From a virus: a stretch of DNA of 64,000 nt. Under the pieces are notes generated by a model. It worked only from the letters and a program-made list of their open reading frames with translations. It did not search any database and was not told the origin of the DNA. The translations under genes and the position numbers were made by a program. This document shows positions 34,694 through 45,172 of this stretch, piece by piece (position 1 is the stretch's first letter; each line of letters begins with the position of its first letter). The stretch covers positions 1 through 64,000 of IMG/VR virus record IMGVR_UViG_3300017917_002762, one strand, 5' to 3'.

Positions 34694-35197
34694 TTATATG
34701 TTTATATATCCTTCTTTGTCAAAATCTTTTTTATTGCGTTTCGCTAATAAATCAGATGCTTTATAGCCAAATGATTTTTGAAAGTGTGGCATATCCTTAA
34801 AACGCCAATCACCACCCCATTCCCATCCATAGTTTTTGAAAACAGCTACTACTTCCATCCAATCAGCAATACCATCACCATCAAAATCTATATTTGTTTC
34901 CCAAGATGCAGATTCAAATACTCCATCTTTATTTGTGTCTTTAAGCAATACAATATCAACAGCTAGCCCATAATTATGTAAACTTAATCCAGCAGGTGCA
35001 TTGGTTACTATCTTACCTTTAGTTGTTCTACCTTGAGCATATAGTGCTTTTTGTTCCTCAAAGGTTCTGAGGACATACGCAAATCGGCAGATAGCTTTAC
35101 CTGTCAACGCTCCGTTGATTTTAGCGAAAATACTTTTAAGCTCAGACCTTAGTTTAGGGTGTGCTGTTTCTATCCTTTGGAGTGAAATTTTATCCAT
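34694..35197 (-). CDS. Endolysin, M15-family (L-Ala-D-Glu-type) peptidase
   Basis: RTFEEQKALYAQGRT...SLHNYGLAVD...WGGDW.FKDMPHFQ. Confidence 0.92.
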   Translation of the reverse strand: MDKISLQRIETAHPKLRSELKSIFAKINGALTGKAICRFAYVLRTFEEQKALYAQGRTTKGKIVTNAPAGLSLHNYGLAVDIVLLKDTNKDGVFESASWETNIDFDGDGIADWMEVVAVFKNYGWEWGGDWRFKDMPHFQKSFGYKASDLLAKRNKKDFDKEGYINI

Positions 35198-35417
35198 TTA
35201 GTTTAACTTTTGATTCGTGAATAGGAAATCTAATTTCTTGAAATTCGACAATATAAACGGGTTCAGAATAGCTTATTTTAACCACATTAGAACCTTTAGG
35301 AATTAAAACTCGTTTCTTGTTGTGCCATGCGTTCACATCTTCAAGTAAGGTCATCGTCTTTGGTTGAAGTGAAACACAACAAATATAGCTAATAGCGCAA
35401 ATGCAATTATAGCCCAT
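35190..35417 (-). CDS. Hypothetical protein (start uncertain, probably an internal ATG)
   Basis: ORF track; overlaps the spanin candidate. Confidence 0.45.
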   Translation of the reverse strand: MGYNCICAISYICCVSLQPKTMTLLEDVNAWHNKKRVLIPKGSNVVKISYSEPVYIVEFQEIRFPIHESKVKLNG

Positions 35418-35866
35418 TTAACAGCGTTATTCTTGCTATCCAATACTTTGTACATCTCGGAATCTAATCTGTCAGCCTTGCGCTTGTAAAGTCCTAAACT
35501 GAATGTATCTTTCTTTATTATCGTTGTAACCTTTGTAAAGGTATCAACTCTATAACGATTGATGTACTTAGGAACTCTTATAATTCTTTCTTTAGCTGAA
35601 TCACAATCAATTTGAGTAAATAAAGTATCATGCAAATCAGCACCTTTCAAGTAGATAAATGAATCTTTAGTTTTTACTTCAATCTTACTACTACAATATT
35701 CAGCAACATAAAATGGATATTTGCGTTCCATTCTTGCCATCTTCTTAACGGGATTACCACAAGATGAAAGACTAACTAATAACCCTAAAAGAAAGATAAG
35801 GAAGCAAATCCCTATACCAAAGTAAATACCGTATTTAATTCTCTGATTTTGCATAAGTTTCTCCAT
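35351..35866 (-). CDS. Candidate unimolecular spanin
   Basis: N-terminal hydrophobic signal with lipobox LSSC and a C-terminal TM WAIIAFALLAIFVVFHF; next to the endolysin. Confidence 0.6.
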   Translation of the reverse strand: MEKLMQNQRIKYGIYFGIGICFLIFLLGLLVSLSSCGNPVKKMARMERKYPFYVAEYCSSKIEVKTKDSFIYLKGADLHDTLFTQIDCDSAKERIIRVPKYINRYRVDTFTKVTTIIKKDTFSLGLYKRKADRLDSEMYKVLDSKNNAVKWAIIAFALLAIFVVFHFNQRR

Positions 35867-36071
35867 TTGCTAAGATTATATTTAAAACTTCTAACCCCAT
35901 CATTAACCATCCGACTATCAACATTTGGTCTGCATCACTTAACCCGAATTTAGATAATGTACCCGTAAGGACTGAACCCGAAGTAACTAAATAAATAATT
36001 CTCTTTGTCTTACGATACCATGCAGGTGCAGGTTTAGCGTGATTGCTTGTGTTTATTGTTGTCTTTGCCAT
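35835..36071 (-). CDS. Holin-like two-TM protein
   Basis: Two hydrophobic segments; lies in the lysis cluster. Confidence 0.55.
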   Translation of the reverse strand: MAKTTINTSNHAKPAPAWYRKTKRIIYLVTSGSVLTGTLSKFGLSDADQMLIVGWLMMGLEVLNIILANGETYAKSEN

Positions 36072-36243
36072 TTCGCATATTGTTTTTAATTGTTAAAATA
36101 TAAGAAGTTAAACCAACAACTGACAAAGCTATCTTTAAAACTAAGTCAATGTTAGTCAATGCAATTACTGGAACAGCGCATATAGTCCCTACAACATTTC
36201 CAATTATATTCAAGAAAATATTGTTTGTATCTTGATGAATCAT
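36034..36243 (-). CDS. Holin-like membrane protein
   Basis: Two hydrophobic segments and a basic C-tail. Confidence 0.5.
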   Translation of the reverse strand: MIHQDTNNIFLNIIGNVVGTICAVPVIALTNIDLVLKIALSVVGLTSYILTIKNNMRNGKDNNKHKQSR

Positions 36244-36248
36244 TTTTA

Positions 36249-36503
36249 TTAACTATTATATCTATTATACTCAATTTCATAAAGCCCTTCACATCCTAAA
36301 AATGTATGCACCCCGCAAGGGTTAGGAAAAACCTTATAGTCCGATAATTCTACAATCTCATCATAATCATAATACACATCAACTGCTTGTTTACCTTCTA
36401 TTAATTCACCTATCTCAACAAAATGAGCGTTAGGGTTAGATTCTAATAATGGCTTTAATTCTTGCCACTTATCTATCGGAAATTCGTACTTTAAAAATCT
36501 CAT
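36249..36503 (-). CDS. Hypothetical protein
   Basis: KYEF...W...P.PCGVHTFLG. Confidence 0.7.
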   Translation of the reverse strand: MRFLKYEFPIDKWQELKPLLESNPNAHFVEIGELIEGKQAVDVYYDYDEIVELSDYKVFPNPCGVHTFLGCEGLYEIEYNRYNS

Positions 36504-36507
36504 AAAA

Positions 36508-37899
36508 TTAACTTGTTAGCGATATACATTGAGCTTCTGATAGATGAGTATTCCATAGTGCCATTTGTTGAATGTAAAAAGGAGTGCCTACAGCAATAGT
36601 TCTCAATGTTTCTAAAGCTGTTGGCGTAAATGACGATGTTATTTGTAAACTACCGTTTGCATATACTTTAACATTTAAACCATCCCATGTTATAGCTAAT
36701 TTTATAATACCTGAAGGCAATATATATAACGAGCTTATTGCCCCCGCTACTTGTTTCCACACCCTATTGATAGATGAACCACTATTACCAATCCATATGT
36801 TATCAGCGGCCGCAACAACATTATTACCTAATCCTAATTGTTGTGCTTGAGCAACATCCGTTGGTACAGATTGATTATTCTTCAATTCCACAAACCAAGT
36901 ACCACCACTCGCTGAAATCAAACCATTGGTGTAGATGTTATCACGAGTGTAACTATCTGCATTTCGGGTAGCGGATGTACCATTTGTTGGAATCCATGTA
37001 GTCGTATACGCCCCAAGTTCAATTTGTGGTGCATAAAATCTCATTGTCCAATCATATGCAGTACCACTTACGACATCAATACGAATTTGAACACCCGTAA
37101 ATGCTGTTGATGCATTGTTTAATGTTCTTGTTCCACTAATTCTTGTTAAGGTTGTTATCGTGTTTAAGTTAGCCGTAATACCACCTTGAGCCAAAAACAC
37201 ACCCGATGCATTATATTCAACCGCTTGTATTGCATTTGTTGGAATTGTCCCCGATACCTTTTTGTAATAAAATGAATATGCCCAAGTTTGACCACTTGTG
37301 GCAGCAATCACATTTGTTCCTTCAAACAATATCAAAAAGAATGCACTACTACTTGGAGTACCCGAATACCTAACATCCACATAAGGCAAACCCTTTTCAG
37401 TACCCGTTCCAACAATTTCTTTTGTTAAACCAGGTCGGGTATTAAAAGTCCAGTTTGTTGGGTCTGTTCCTGGTGTACCCGCAACTGCGCCTACCATTGT
37501 GTTATTCCTAATTGAATTAGTCCTTTGCGGTTCATACAATGCAACTGGACAACCGCCTAAAGAATAGTCTAATCTTTGGACTCCTGAAGCTACACTTTCA
37601 ATAACCCCACTTTCATTTGTTCTTGTTGCGGCAGACCCTCTTGTAAATGTTAAATCACCATTACCATTACTTGGAACTTGTGAATAAATAACACCTGATT
37701 TATATCCACTTGGAGCAAGTACAAATGTTGCAGATTGCAAAAGGTTTTTTGAATCTAAATTTGAAAGTGTAGTAACTGCACATGAGTCAGCCTCAACCAC
37801 TCCTGAATTCCATATTACTCTTGATTTGAATATATTAAAAAATGAATGAGAAAAACTCACTACATTACTCAGTAAAACTCTTTTTATTAGTCGTCTCAT
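36508..37899 (-). CDS. Virion spike/fibre-type protein with carbohydrate-binding and LamG-like domains
   Basis: LTFTRGSAATR...RLDY...LYEPQRTN, QIELGAY.TTWIPT...ATRNAD; Gly/Thr-rich; ATG at 37899 coupled to the upstream stop. Confidence 0.7.
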   Translation of the reverse strand: MRRLIKRVLLSNVVSFSHSFFNIFKSRVIWNSGVVEADSCAVTTLSNLDSKNLLQSATFVLAPSGYKSGVIYSQVPSNGNGDLTFTRGSAATRTNESGVIESVASGVQRLDYSLGGCPVALYEPQRTNSIRNNTMVGAVAGTPGTDPTNWTFNTRPGLTKEIVGTGTEKGLPYVDVRYSGTPSSSAFFLILFEGTNVIAATSGQTWAYSFYYKKVSGTIPTNAIQAVEYNASGVFLAQGGITANLNTITTLTRISGTRTLNNASTAFTGVQIRIDVVSGTAYDWTMRFYAPQIELGAYTTTWIPTNGTSATRNADSYTRDNIYTNGLISASGGTWFVELKNNQSVPTDVAQAQQLGLGNNVVAAADNIWIGNSGSSINRVWKQVAGAISSLYILPSGIIKLAITWDGLNVKVYANGSLQITSSFTPTALETLRTIAVGTPFYIQQMALWNTHLSEAQCISLTS

Positions 37900-38462
37900 T
37901 AGATACAATCTGTTGTAATCTCGATGAAAAATGATTGCGCATTTGTTGGAGTTAAAGTACCAGTAAATGAATCGACCTCTAACATCCCGTAAATTGTGTT
38001 ATTACTTGGTCTGCTTTCAAATGCTAAAGCCCCCGTCCATAATGCTATTGCTGTATCTGAACCCGAACCCTCTGTACTTAATGCATTAAATGTAATCGTT
38101 CCAATCCTATTTGCTCGATTAGCATACAAAATAGTAAATGGCGCATTGTCAGCTATTGCAGTAGGTTGATTCTTATAAAGATGCAATTTTATGATAGCCG
38201 CATTAGTTGAAGCCCAATTGACATTATTAGTCATTAGTCTCACTTTAGTAATATACCCAAATTGCGAAACGTCAGGAGTGATGCCCGAAAAAGTCAATAC
38301 ACTAGGTGAACCAGTTGAATTACTAATTACGTCTTTCGCTGTGTATGCAATTGGACTTGGTGAGTCTGTTGGTCTATTAAACTCGACCGCTATTACTTTA
38401 TTGTAAAGTTGTGTTAAAACACTATTTAATCTAAGTAAATTATTAAATTTTTGATTATTCAT
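37899..38462 (-). CDS. Putative virion protein
   Basis: 187 aa, beta-rich and Thr/Ser-rich. Confidence 0.7.
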   Translation of the reverse strand: MNNQKFNNLLRLNSVLTQLYNKVIAVEFNRPTDSPSPIAYTAKDVISNSTGSPSVLTFSGITPDVSQFGYITKVRLMTNNVNWASTNAAIIKLHLYKNQPTAIADNAPFTILYANRANRIGTITFNALSTEGSGSDTAIALWTGALAFESRPSNNTIYGMLEVDSFTGTLTPTNAQSFFIEITTDCI

Positions 38463-38923
38463 TATTTTTGTTTTTTAGTAAAGTTTTTAAATTGTAAAGT
38501 TAGTAAATTATGCAACCAAGTTAAAGGTCCTTTTGAAAAAGAATCATTTTTATCCATTGCTATAAAATTTTCAATAATAGACAATATTTCAATATAAAAC
38601 AAATAAAATATCAAATATTCTGTAAGTTGTTGAACTTCAATGTTAAAATTACCTAAAGGTAAATTTATAACTTTTACACCTAACATGTTTTGAATAGATA
38701 TTGAAACAACAATACTTCCAAAATAACGTAAAAATTTTGTTACAGTTCTTTGAAAACCTGTGGAAGTTCGCTGAATATTTAGTATCTTTGATTTCCAAAC
38801 TCCAGTTAGCAAATCTATTACCATAGCTATACTAAGCCAAAATATTAAATTAACATCAGGTAAATAAGTTAATTTTAAAGTTGTAAATAATAATAACGAG
38901 CTTAATAATTTCATAAATTTCAT
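38462..38923 (-). CDS. Phage holin (holin family 4-like)
   Basis: IDLLTGVWKS...GFQRTVTKF...EILSIIEN; three TM segments. Confidence 0.8.
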   Translation of the reverse strand: MKFMKLLSSLLLFTTLKLTYLPDVNLIFWLSIAMVIDLLTGVWKSKILNIQRTSTGFQRTVTKFLRYFGSIVVSISIQNMLGVKVINLPLGNFNIEVQQLTEYLIFYLFYIEILSIIENFIAMDKNDSFSKGPLTWLHNLLTLQFKNFTKKQK

Positions 38924-39001
38924 TGTAAACTTGTTTTATTGTTAAAAATATAAAGAATACATTTAAAATATAACAAAAATAATTAAAATTAAAAAATTTA
39001 T

Positions 39002-39523
39002 ATGGACACAGAAACTTATAAAGATAAATTAATTGATAAATTAATTAATGAATTTAAAACTAAATTTGAAGAAAAAATAGGAATAGCTCCTATAATTAGT
39101 TTTACAAATTTTAATTTTGAACAAAAAAAACCAATTTCTTTAGAAAAATTAATTGAATATGTTAATACATATATACCAGATAATTTAAAAAAAGAATGTA
39201 TTTCTATTGAACATAAAAAAAGTAGAAATAAATATTTGTACGAAATTCAACAATTAAGATATATATATACAGCAATTGCTTTAAGATTAGGTTATGATTA
39301 TGCAGAATTAGCTAGTAAAATAAATATACATAGAACAACATCTTATGTTTTTTATAAAGAACATCTTAATTTATTAGAAATTGATACAAATTATAATAAT
39401 TTTTATAATAATGTTGTTAAAAATTTAATTATATCAAATTTAAAAAATGGAAATAAATTATTACAGTATTCTCCAGAAGAATTCTATAACTCCGAATCAA
39501 CATTATGTATTGTTTTGTATTAA
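39002..39523 (+). CDS. Second DnaA domain IV-like HTH protein
   Basis: KSR...QLRYIY...LGYDYAELASKINIHRTT. Confidence 0.55.
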   Translation: MDTETYKDKLIDKLINEFKTKFEEKIGIAPIISFTNFNFEQKKPISLEKLIEYVNTYIPDNLKKECISIEHKKSRNKYLYEIQQLRYIYTAIALRLGYDYAELASKINIHRTTSYVFYKEHLNLLEIDTNYNNFYNNVVKNLIISNLKNGNKLLQYSPEEFYNSESTLCIVLY

Positions 39524-40010
39524 ATATAATTTAAAATTAGTATTAGTAAATAATCCTACAGATATTAAAATACTATTAAATTTAAAATATATTGATGAAA
39601 ACAATCAAATTACTGAATTAGGAAATACATTATTAGATAATTTAGGAGTTTTATTTAAAAAAACAAAAGTTGCTAATAGTTTAGATTTATTAGGTAACAA
39701 TTTTTTAGATAAAATTAATGAATATAAAAATTATTTTCCTAAAAATAAAAGATCTACTACAAATGAAATAAAAGAAAAGTTTGTAAAACTATTTATTAAA
39801 AATCCTAATTTAAAATGGGATGATTTATTAAATGCTACAAAACTTTATTTTTCAGAAGATAGAGAAGAAAAGTATATATATAAAGCTTCAAACTTTATTA
39901 TGGTTGAAAGAAGTGGGATTAATACATCTCCTATTTTAGAATATCATGAAAGAATTTTAGAAGGAGAAAATATTACAGAATCAAAAGTAAATATGTATAA
40001 ATTTTATTAA
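39447..40010 (+). CDS. Conserved protein upstream of DnaB (possible replication initiator or helicase loader)
   Basis: wHTH-like N-terminus; position before the helicase. Confidence 0.6.
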   Translation: MEINYYSILQKNSITPNQHYVLFCIKYNLKLVLVNNPTDIKILLNLKYIDENNQITELGNTLLDNLGVLFKKTKVANSLDLLGNNFLDKINEYKNYFPKNKRSTTNEIKEKFVKLFIKNPNLKWDDLLNATKLYFSEDREEKYIYKASNFIMVERSGINTSPILEYHERILEGENITESKVNMYKFY

Positions 40011-40015
40011 TTATA

Positions 40016-40999
40016 ATGAATAAACCAAATAATCAACCTTTGCAAAAGTGGAGACATGTTTCAGAAATTAGAAATGAAACTTATAGTTATATAATTAAGA
40101 GAAAAGATGGATTAATTAAATCCATAAGGACACCGTGGGCAAAATTAAATAATAATTTGATGGATGGTTTAGAATGGTCTGGTATTTATATTTTTGCTGG
40201 TAGACCAGGTTCAGGTAAAACTAGTATTGTATCTCAGATAACAAACAATGCTCATTTAAATAATCCGAGTCAAGATTTTGCTATTTTAAATTTTCAATTT
40301 GAAATGAGTGATAGATCAATAGGTGCTAGAGAATTAACAAAACCATTAAATATGGATATGAAGAAAATATTTAGTGCAGATCCTACTCAAAAATTGACTA
40401 ATGCTGATTTATCAGATATTAAAAATTATCATCAAAATAAAATAAATGATGAAATTTATTATGTTACTGATCCTGTAACAGCTAAAGATATTACAAAAGA
40501 AGTTATTAATTTTTATAATACAATTAAAAAACCAATTATTGTAACTATAGATCACTCTGTTTTAACTAAAAAAAATGTAGATGAAACAAGTCAACTAGAA
40601 ACTTTATATAATTTATCTACAGAATTAGTTTATTTAAAAAAGAAAATACCAAATAGTCTTTATATAATTTTATCTCAAATGAATAGAACAATAGAAGATC
40701 ATGAGAGAAGAAGAAATGGACATATTGGTAATTATCCAACATCTTTAGATTTATTTGGTGCTGATGCTTTAATGCAAAATGCAGATGCTGTAATTGCAAT
40801 TAATAGACCCGATTTAATGGGTATTACTGAATATGGTCCAGAAAAAATAATAGTTGAAGATGGAATGGTAATATTTCATTTATTAAAAAATAGATTTGGT
40901 GAACAATCAATTTTATTTTTTAAACAAGATTTAAAATATTTTGAAGTTTTTGAAACTAAAATTCCTATATCTAATAAATCAAATAAAATTAAAATTTAA
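40016..40999 (+). CDS. dnaB: Replicative DnaB-like helicase
   Basis: AGRPGSGKT, FEMS, IDH, LSQMNR, ADAVI and KNRFG. Confidence 0.92.
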   Translation: MNKPNNQPLQKWRHVSEIRNETYSYIIKRKDGLIKSIRTPWAKLNNNLMDGLEWSGIYIFAGRPGSGKTSIVSQITNNAHLNNPSQDFAILNFQFEMSDRSIGARELTKPLNMDMKKIFSADPTQKLTNADLSDIKNYHQNKINDEIYYVTDPVTAKDITKEVINFYNTIKKPIIVTIDHSVLTKKNVDETSQLETLYNLSTELVYLKKKIPNSLYIILSQMNRTIEDHERRRNGHIGNYPTSLDLFGADALMQNADAVIAINRPDLMGITEYGPEKIIVEDGMVIFHLLKNRFGEQSILFFKQDLKYFEVFETKIPISNKSNKIKI

Positions 41000-41006
41000 A
41001 AAAAAA

Positions 41007-41546
41007 ATGATTGTAAAAGAAACTATTCAAACAATTAAAGATTTTCATTCAACAGCTTTTATTTTTCTTAATGAAGAAAATCCTGTATTTTATCCAAAAA
41101 AAATATTTTTATTAAATGATGAAGAACATGTGTCATTATTTGAAAAAGAATTAATTTGCGGTAAATTTTATACAGAAATTATAAATGATGATAATCAACC
41201 TTTATCTACAGAAAGAACATTATACAGATTTAAAGGAAATGAATATTCTAAATCAGAATACAGATCTAAAGAAAATTTAGTAAATGGTTCTTTAGCATTA
41301 AAATATTATGTACCTTTAAGTGATTTTGAAAAAATTAATTTAGAAGATTATATTCCTAAAAAAGCTCCTAAAAAATTAAGTTTAAAAAAAATTGAAGAAA
41401 CTAATATTATCGTTAATGAAAATGATAATTCAGAAGAAGAAGATGTATTAATGAGTAAGATGACTATTAGAGATTATGCTGCAATTAAATGGCAAAGACC
41501 AGTTTCTAATAAAAAATGGTTAAACGATTTAATAAATAAAATTTAA
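41007..41546 (+). CDS. Conserved hypothetical protein
   Basis: ATG at 41007 preferred; ends MTIRDYAAIKW.RPVS.KKWLN. Confidence 0.75.
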   Translation: MIVKETIQTIKDFHSTAFIFLNEENPVFYPKKIFLLNDEEHVSLFEKELICGKFYTEIINDDNQPLSTERTLYRFKGNEYSKSEYRSKENLVNGSLALKYYVPLSDFEKINLEDYIPKKAPKKLSLKKIEETNIIVNENDNSEEEDVLMSKMTIRDYAAIKWQRPVSNKKWLNDLINKI

Positions 41547-41550
41547 AAAA

Positions 41551-42306
41551 ATGGAAAATATTGTATTACCTTTAAAAAAAGTAAAAGCAGAAAATCAAAA
41601 TCCTAAAAACTTAATAATTTTTAGTAAACCTAAAGTTGGTAAAACATCTTTATTGTCTATGTTAGATGATTGTTTAATAATTGATCTTGAAGAAGGTTCT
41701 GATTATATAGACGCTGTTAAAATTAAAGCAAAATCTGTTTCTGATATTAAAGCAATAGGTAAAGCAATTATTGAAAATAATAAACCTTACAAATATATTG
41801 CTGTTGATACAATCACTGCATTAGAAGAAATGTGTATTCCTTTAGCAGAAAGATTATATGCCAATAGCTCTATGGGTGCTAACTGGTTTAAAGAAGACGT
41901 TGGTGGTAAAGCAAAATATGGAAGTATACTTAACATGCCTAATGGTGCAGGTTATCCATGGTTAAGACAAGCATTTGATTCAGTAATAACATACATAAAA
42001 ACATTAGCTCCTTATGTTATTTTATTAGGACATGTAAAAGATGTAATGTTAGAAAAAAATGGTGCTGAATTTAGTTCTTTAGATTTAGATTTAACAGGTA
42101 AATTAAAAAGAATTACAATGTCAAATTCAGATGCTATTGGATATTTGTATAGAAAAGGAAATAAAAACATAATAAGTTTTAAAACTTCAGATGAAATTTC
42201 ATGTGGTGCTAGACCAGAACATTTAAGAAATCAAGAAATCGAAATTTCTATTATGTCAGATGATGGTAGTTTAACTACTAATTGGAATAAAATTTTTATT
42301 AATTAA
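41551..42306 (+). CDS. AAA_24/Sak4-like ATPase (recombination)
   Basis: SKPKVGKT, IDLEEG, AVDT and LLGH. Confidence 0.8.
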   Translation: MENIVLPLKKVKAENQNPKNLIIFSKPKVGKTSLLSMLDDCLIIDLEEGSDYIDAVKIKAKSVSDIKAIGKAIIENNKPYKYIAVDTITALEEMCIPLAERLYANSSMGANWFKEDVGGKAKYGSILNMPNGAGYPWLRQAFDSVITYIKTLAPYVILLGHVKDVMLEKNGAEFSSLDLDLTGKLKRITMSNSDAIGYLYRKGNKNIISFKTSDEISCGARPEHLRNQEIEISIMSDDGSLTTNWNKIFIN

Positions 42307-42326
42307 TAACTAAAAAAAACAAAAAA

Positions 42327-42989
42327 ATGAGTTTAAGTATTAAAAACATTAAAACAGAAAACAAACTTAGCAAAACAATTAATCCAGGAAACGTTAAAGC
42401 ACGTATTTATGATTTAACATTAACACCAGGATATAACACAGATTCTTATAACTTAGTGTTGTTTATTGAAACAGAACCTATTGATGATTTTGAAGGTTTT
42501 TATTATGATCCTAAAAATCCTGACATGGGTCGTTTTGAAGGTCAAGTTGGTAGAATAAGATATTCTCAATATGCTTTTGAAAGTAAAACATTACCTAATG
42601 GTTCTGTTATTGATAGAGATCAAAGTATTTTAAAAGCAATTAAAGTTATTTCTGATGCTTTAAATATTTTTGATACTGTATCAACTGTTAATGCAGAAAC
42701 TATTGAAGAATATATTGAAGAAGTAAAACCATTTATTGTAAAAGCTGATAAATATTTATTCTTTTGTGTAGCAGGTAAAGAATATTTAAATAAAGAAGGT
42801 TATACAGCTTATGATTTATTTTTACCAAAATATGAAAAAAATAAAAAATCATCAATTGGTAATGATATGGATGCTGTAATTCAATATGATGAAAAGAAAC
42901 ATATTGTAAATAAAGTAGTTAAAGCACAAGCTCAAGAAGTTTCTGAATTTGATGCAAATGATAAATCTAAAGATTTTGATTTGTTTTAA
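42327..42989 (+). CDS. Probable single-stranded DNA-binding protein
   Basis: Follows the Sak4-like gene; acidic/aromatic tail DFDLF. Confidence 0.55.
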   Translation: MSLSIKNIKTENKLSKTINPGNVKARIYDLTLTPGYNTDSYNLVLFIETEPIDDFEGFYYDPKNPDMGRFEGQVGRIRYSQYAFESKTLPNGSVIDRDQSILKAIKVISDALNIFDTVSTVNAETIEEYIEEVKPFIVKADKYLFFCVAGKEYLNKEGYTAYDLFLPKYEKNKKSSIGNDMDAVIQYDEKKHIVNKVVKAQAQEVSEFDANDKSKDFDLF

Positions 42990-43003
42990 TTAATTTTTTA
43001 TTT

Positions 43004-43035
43004 AAAAAAGGGAGAAATTATATTCTCCCTTTTTT
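43004..43035 (+). terminator. Intrinsic terminator
   Basis: aaaaaagggagaa/ttctccctttttt. Confidence 0.8.
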
Positions 43036-43049
43036 TTATTTTATATATC

Positions 43050-44009
43050 ATGCTAAGTATTAAAAATATATTTTTAAATATTTCTGATATACCATCTTCT
43101 TGGATATTTGAACATTATTGTAATTTAAATTACAAACTTTCTGGACAAAATGTAAAAATTAAAAGTCTTTTTAATAAACATGATAAAATACCTAGCATGT
43201 CAATTTATTATCACAAAAATAATAATTGTTATAAATTTAAAGATTTTTCAAGTGGTAATGGAGGTGAAGGTGTAAATTTAATAATGTTTTTATATAATAT
43301 ATCTTATTCTCAAGCTTGTCAAAAAATTATTAATGATTATAATATTTTTATTAATAATAATTTATATACAAATATTATAACAGATGTTCCTAAGTATAAA
43401 TTAGATTATTATAATTTAAGAAATTGGAACACAAATGATGTTGATTTTTGGACAAAATATAATATAGGAAGTAAATTATTAGAACAGTATAATGTTAAAC
43501 CTTTACAACAATACGTTTTAAATAAAGAAGGTATTGATTCAAATATTGTAGTTAGTGAAAATAATATTTATGGATATTTTAAAAATAATGGAGAACTATA
43601 TAAAATATATCAACCTTATAATAGTAAAAAATTTTTAAAAATATCAGATTATATTCAAGGTACAGAACAGTTAACTGATCATTCAAATTTAATAATCACT
43701 AGTAGTTTAAAAGATATAATGTCTATTAAAAGTTTAAATCTTAAAGTAGATGTTATTGCACCTGATAGTGAAAATTCGATGTTAAGTAAAAATATTATAG
43801 AAAAATATAAACAAAAATATAAACATATAGTTGTATTATTTGATAATGATTATGCAGGAATAGAGTCTATGAAAAAATATAAAACAGAATATAATATAAT
43901 TCCTATATTATTAAATATGAGTAAAGACATAAGTGATAGCATAAAAGATTTTGGTCCTAAAAAAGTTTTATATACTTTAGTGCCTTTATTACAAAATGCT
44001 TTTGATTAA
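43050..44009 (+). CDS. DNA primase (TOPRIM)
   Basis: FKDFSSG N-terminal domain; ITSSLKDIM, FDND.AG and KDISD. Confidence 0.82.
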   Translation: MLSIKNIFLNISDIPSSWIFEHYCNLNYKLSGQNVKIKSLFNKHDKIPSMSIYYHKNNNCYKFKDFSSGNGGEGVNLIMFLYNISYSQACQKIINDYNIFINNNLYTNIITDVPKYKLDYYNLRNWNTNDVDFWTKYNIGSKLLEQYNVKPLQQYVLNKEGIDSNIVVSENNIYGYFKNNGELYKIYQPYNSKKFLKISDYIQGTEQLTDHSNLIITSSLKDIMSIKSLNLKVDVIAPDSENSMLSKNIIEKYKQKYKHIVVLFDNDYAGIESMKKYKTEYNIIPILLNMSKDISDSIKDFGPKKVLYTLVPLLQNAFD

Positions 44010-44368
44010 TGCCTAGAAAAATTAAGAAGAAAACAAGAAATTGTGGTACAATGACTGATACACAATTTTTTCAATGGTTAAGACAAATATTAAGAAAATC
44101 ATCTTTATATTGGAAACCAATTTCTCAAACAAAGAAAGATGCTCAAGTTCCTTATAAAGGACCAAATAAAAAAAGAAAATACTCTTATATTTGTGGAAAA
44201 TGTAACAAACCATACGCATCTAATGAAGTCAATGTTCATCATAAAATAGAATGTGGAAGTTTGAAATCATTTGATGATTTACCATCTTTTGTAGAAAAGT
44301 TATTTACAGAAAAAGAAAATTTAATTGTTTTGTGTAAAGAATGTCATAATAAAGAACATAATAAATAA
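44009..44368 (+). CDS. HNH-family nuclease
   Basis: CGKC...VNVHHKIECG...VLCKECHNKEH. Confidence 0.75.
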   Translation: MPRKIKKKTRNCGTMTDTQFFQWLRQILRKSSLYWKPISQTKKDAQVPYKGPNKKRKYSYICGKCNKPYASNEVNVHHKIECGSLKSFDDLPSFVEKLFTEKENLIVLCKECHNKEHNK

Positions 44369-44374
44369 TTAAAA

Positions 44375-44761
44375 ATGAAAAATATTAAACAGTTAATTAA
44401 AGCTATTAAAGAAAACAAAACTTTAATTTGGAATAATCCTGATCCTATTTTTAATAAAAATTATATTATTGAAACTATTCAGGAAATAGATGAAACATTT
44501 GATGAAAATAGTCCAATATTAATTCAATATGATAATGGACAAGCTGAAGCTAAAATATTTTTAAAAGAAATAGAATTTAGTCTCTCTACTAAAGAAGATT
44601 TATTAAAAAGTGTAGTATATCAAATAGAAGAAGATATTGAATTTTCAGATTTAACTTCTTTATATGAATTATTAGAATCAACAGATATAATTAATTTAAT
44701 TAATTATTTACCTGAAAATAAACATAAACAATTTAAAAATCTTTTAAATGAAAAAAATTAA
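44375..44761 (+). CDS. Hypothetical protein
   Basis: 128 aa ORF. Confidence 0.65.
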   Translation: MKNIKQLIKAIKENKTLIWNNPDPIFNKNYIIETIQEIDETFDENSPILIQYDNGQAEAKIFLKEIEFSLSTKEDLLKSVVYQIEEDIEFSDLTSLYELLESTDIINLINYLPENKHKQFKNLLNEKN

Positions 44762-44902
44762 AAAAATACTATCTAAAATATTAGATAATCGCTGGAAAAT
44801 AAAGTATTATACTATTATATTTGAGTTAGAAGTATTAGAAGCTATTACTGAAGATAAAAAAACAGCAGAACGTATTAAAATGATTTTAAAAAAAGAAAAA
44901 AT

Positions 44903-45172
44903 ATGGTAATAAAAGTTTTAAAATTTGGTGCTACCTGGTGTATGCCCTGTAAAGTATTAAATGAATTTTTTGATGAAATCAAAAAAGAAGTAAGTGAAAA
45001 TGTTATTTATAATTCTTATGATCAAGAATTAGATTCTAAATACTTTGAATTATATAACATTAAATCAATGCCTACTATTGTTATTACAGATAATAATGAT
45101 AATGAATTAGATAGAATTATAGGATTAGCTTCTAAAAATGTTATTGTAAAAACTATAAAAAAATATCAATAA
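44903..45172 (+). CDS. Thioredoxin
   Basis: FGATWCMPCK...IKSMPT. Confidence 0.92.
   Translation: MVIKVLKFGATWCMPCKVLNEFFDEIKKEVSENVIYNSYDQELDSKYFELYNIKSMPTIVITDNNDNELDRIIGLASKNVIVKTIKKYQ

Noticed and set aside
44816-44823. TATATTTG promoter-like box
   Set aside because: It lies inside a probable small ORF, and such 8-mers are expected by chance at this A/T content
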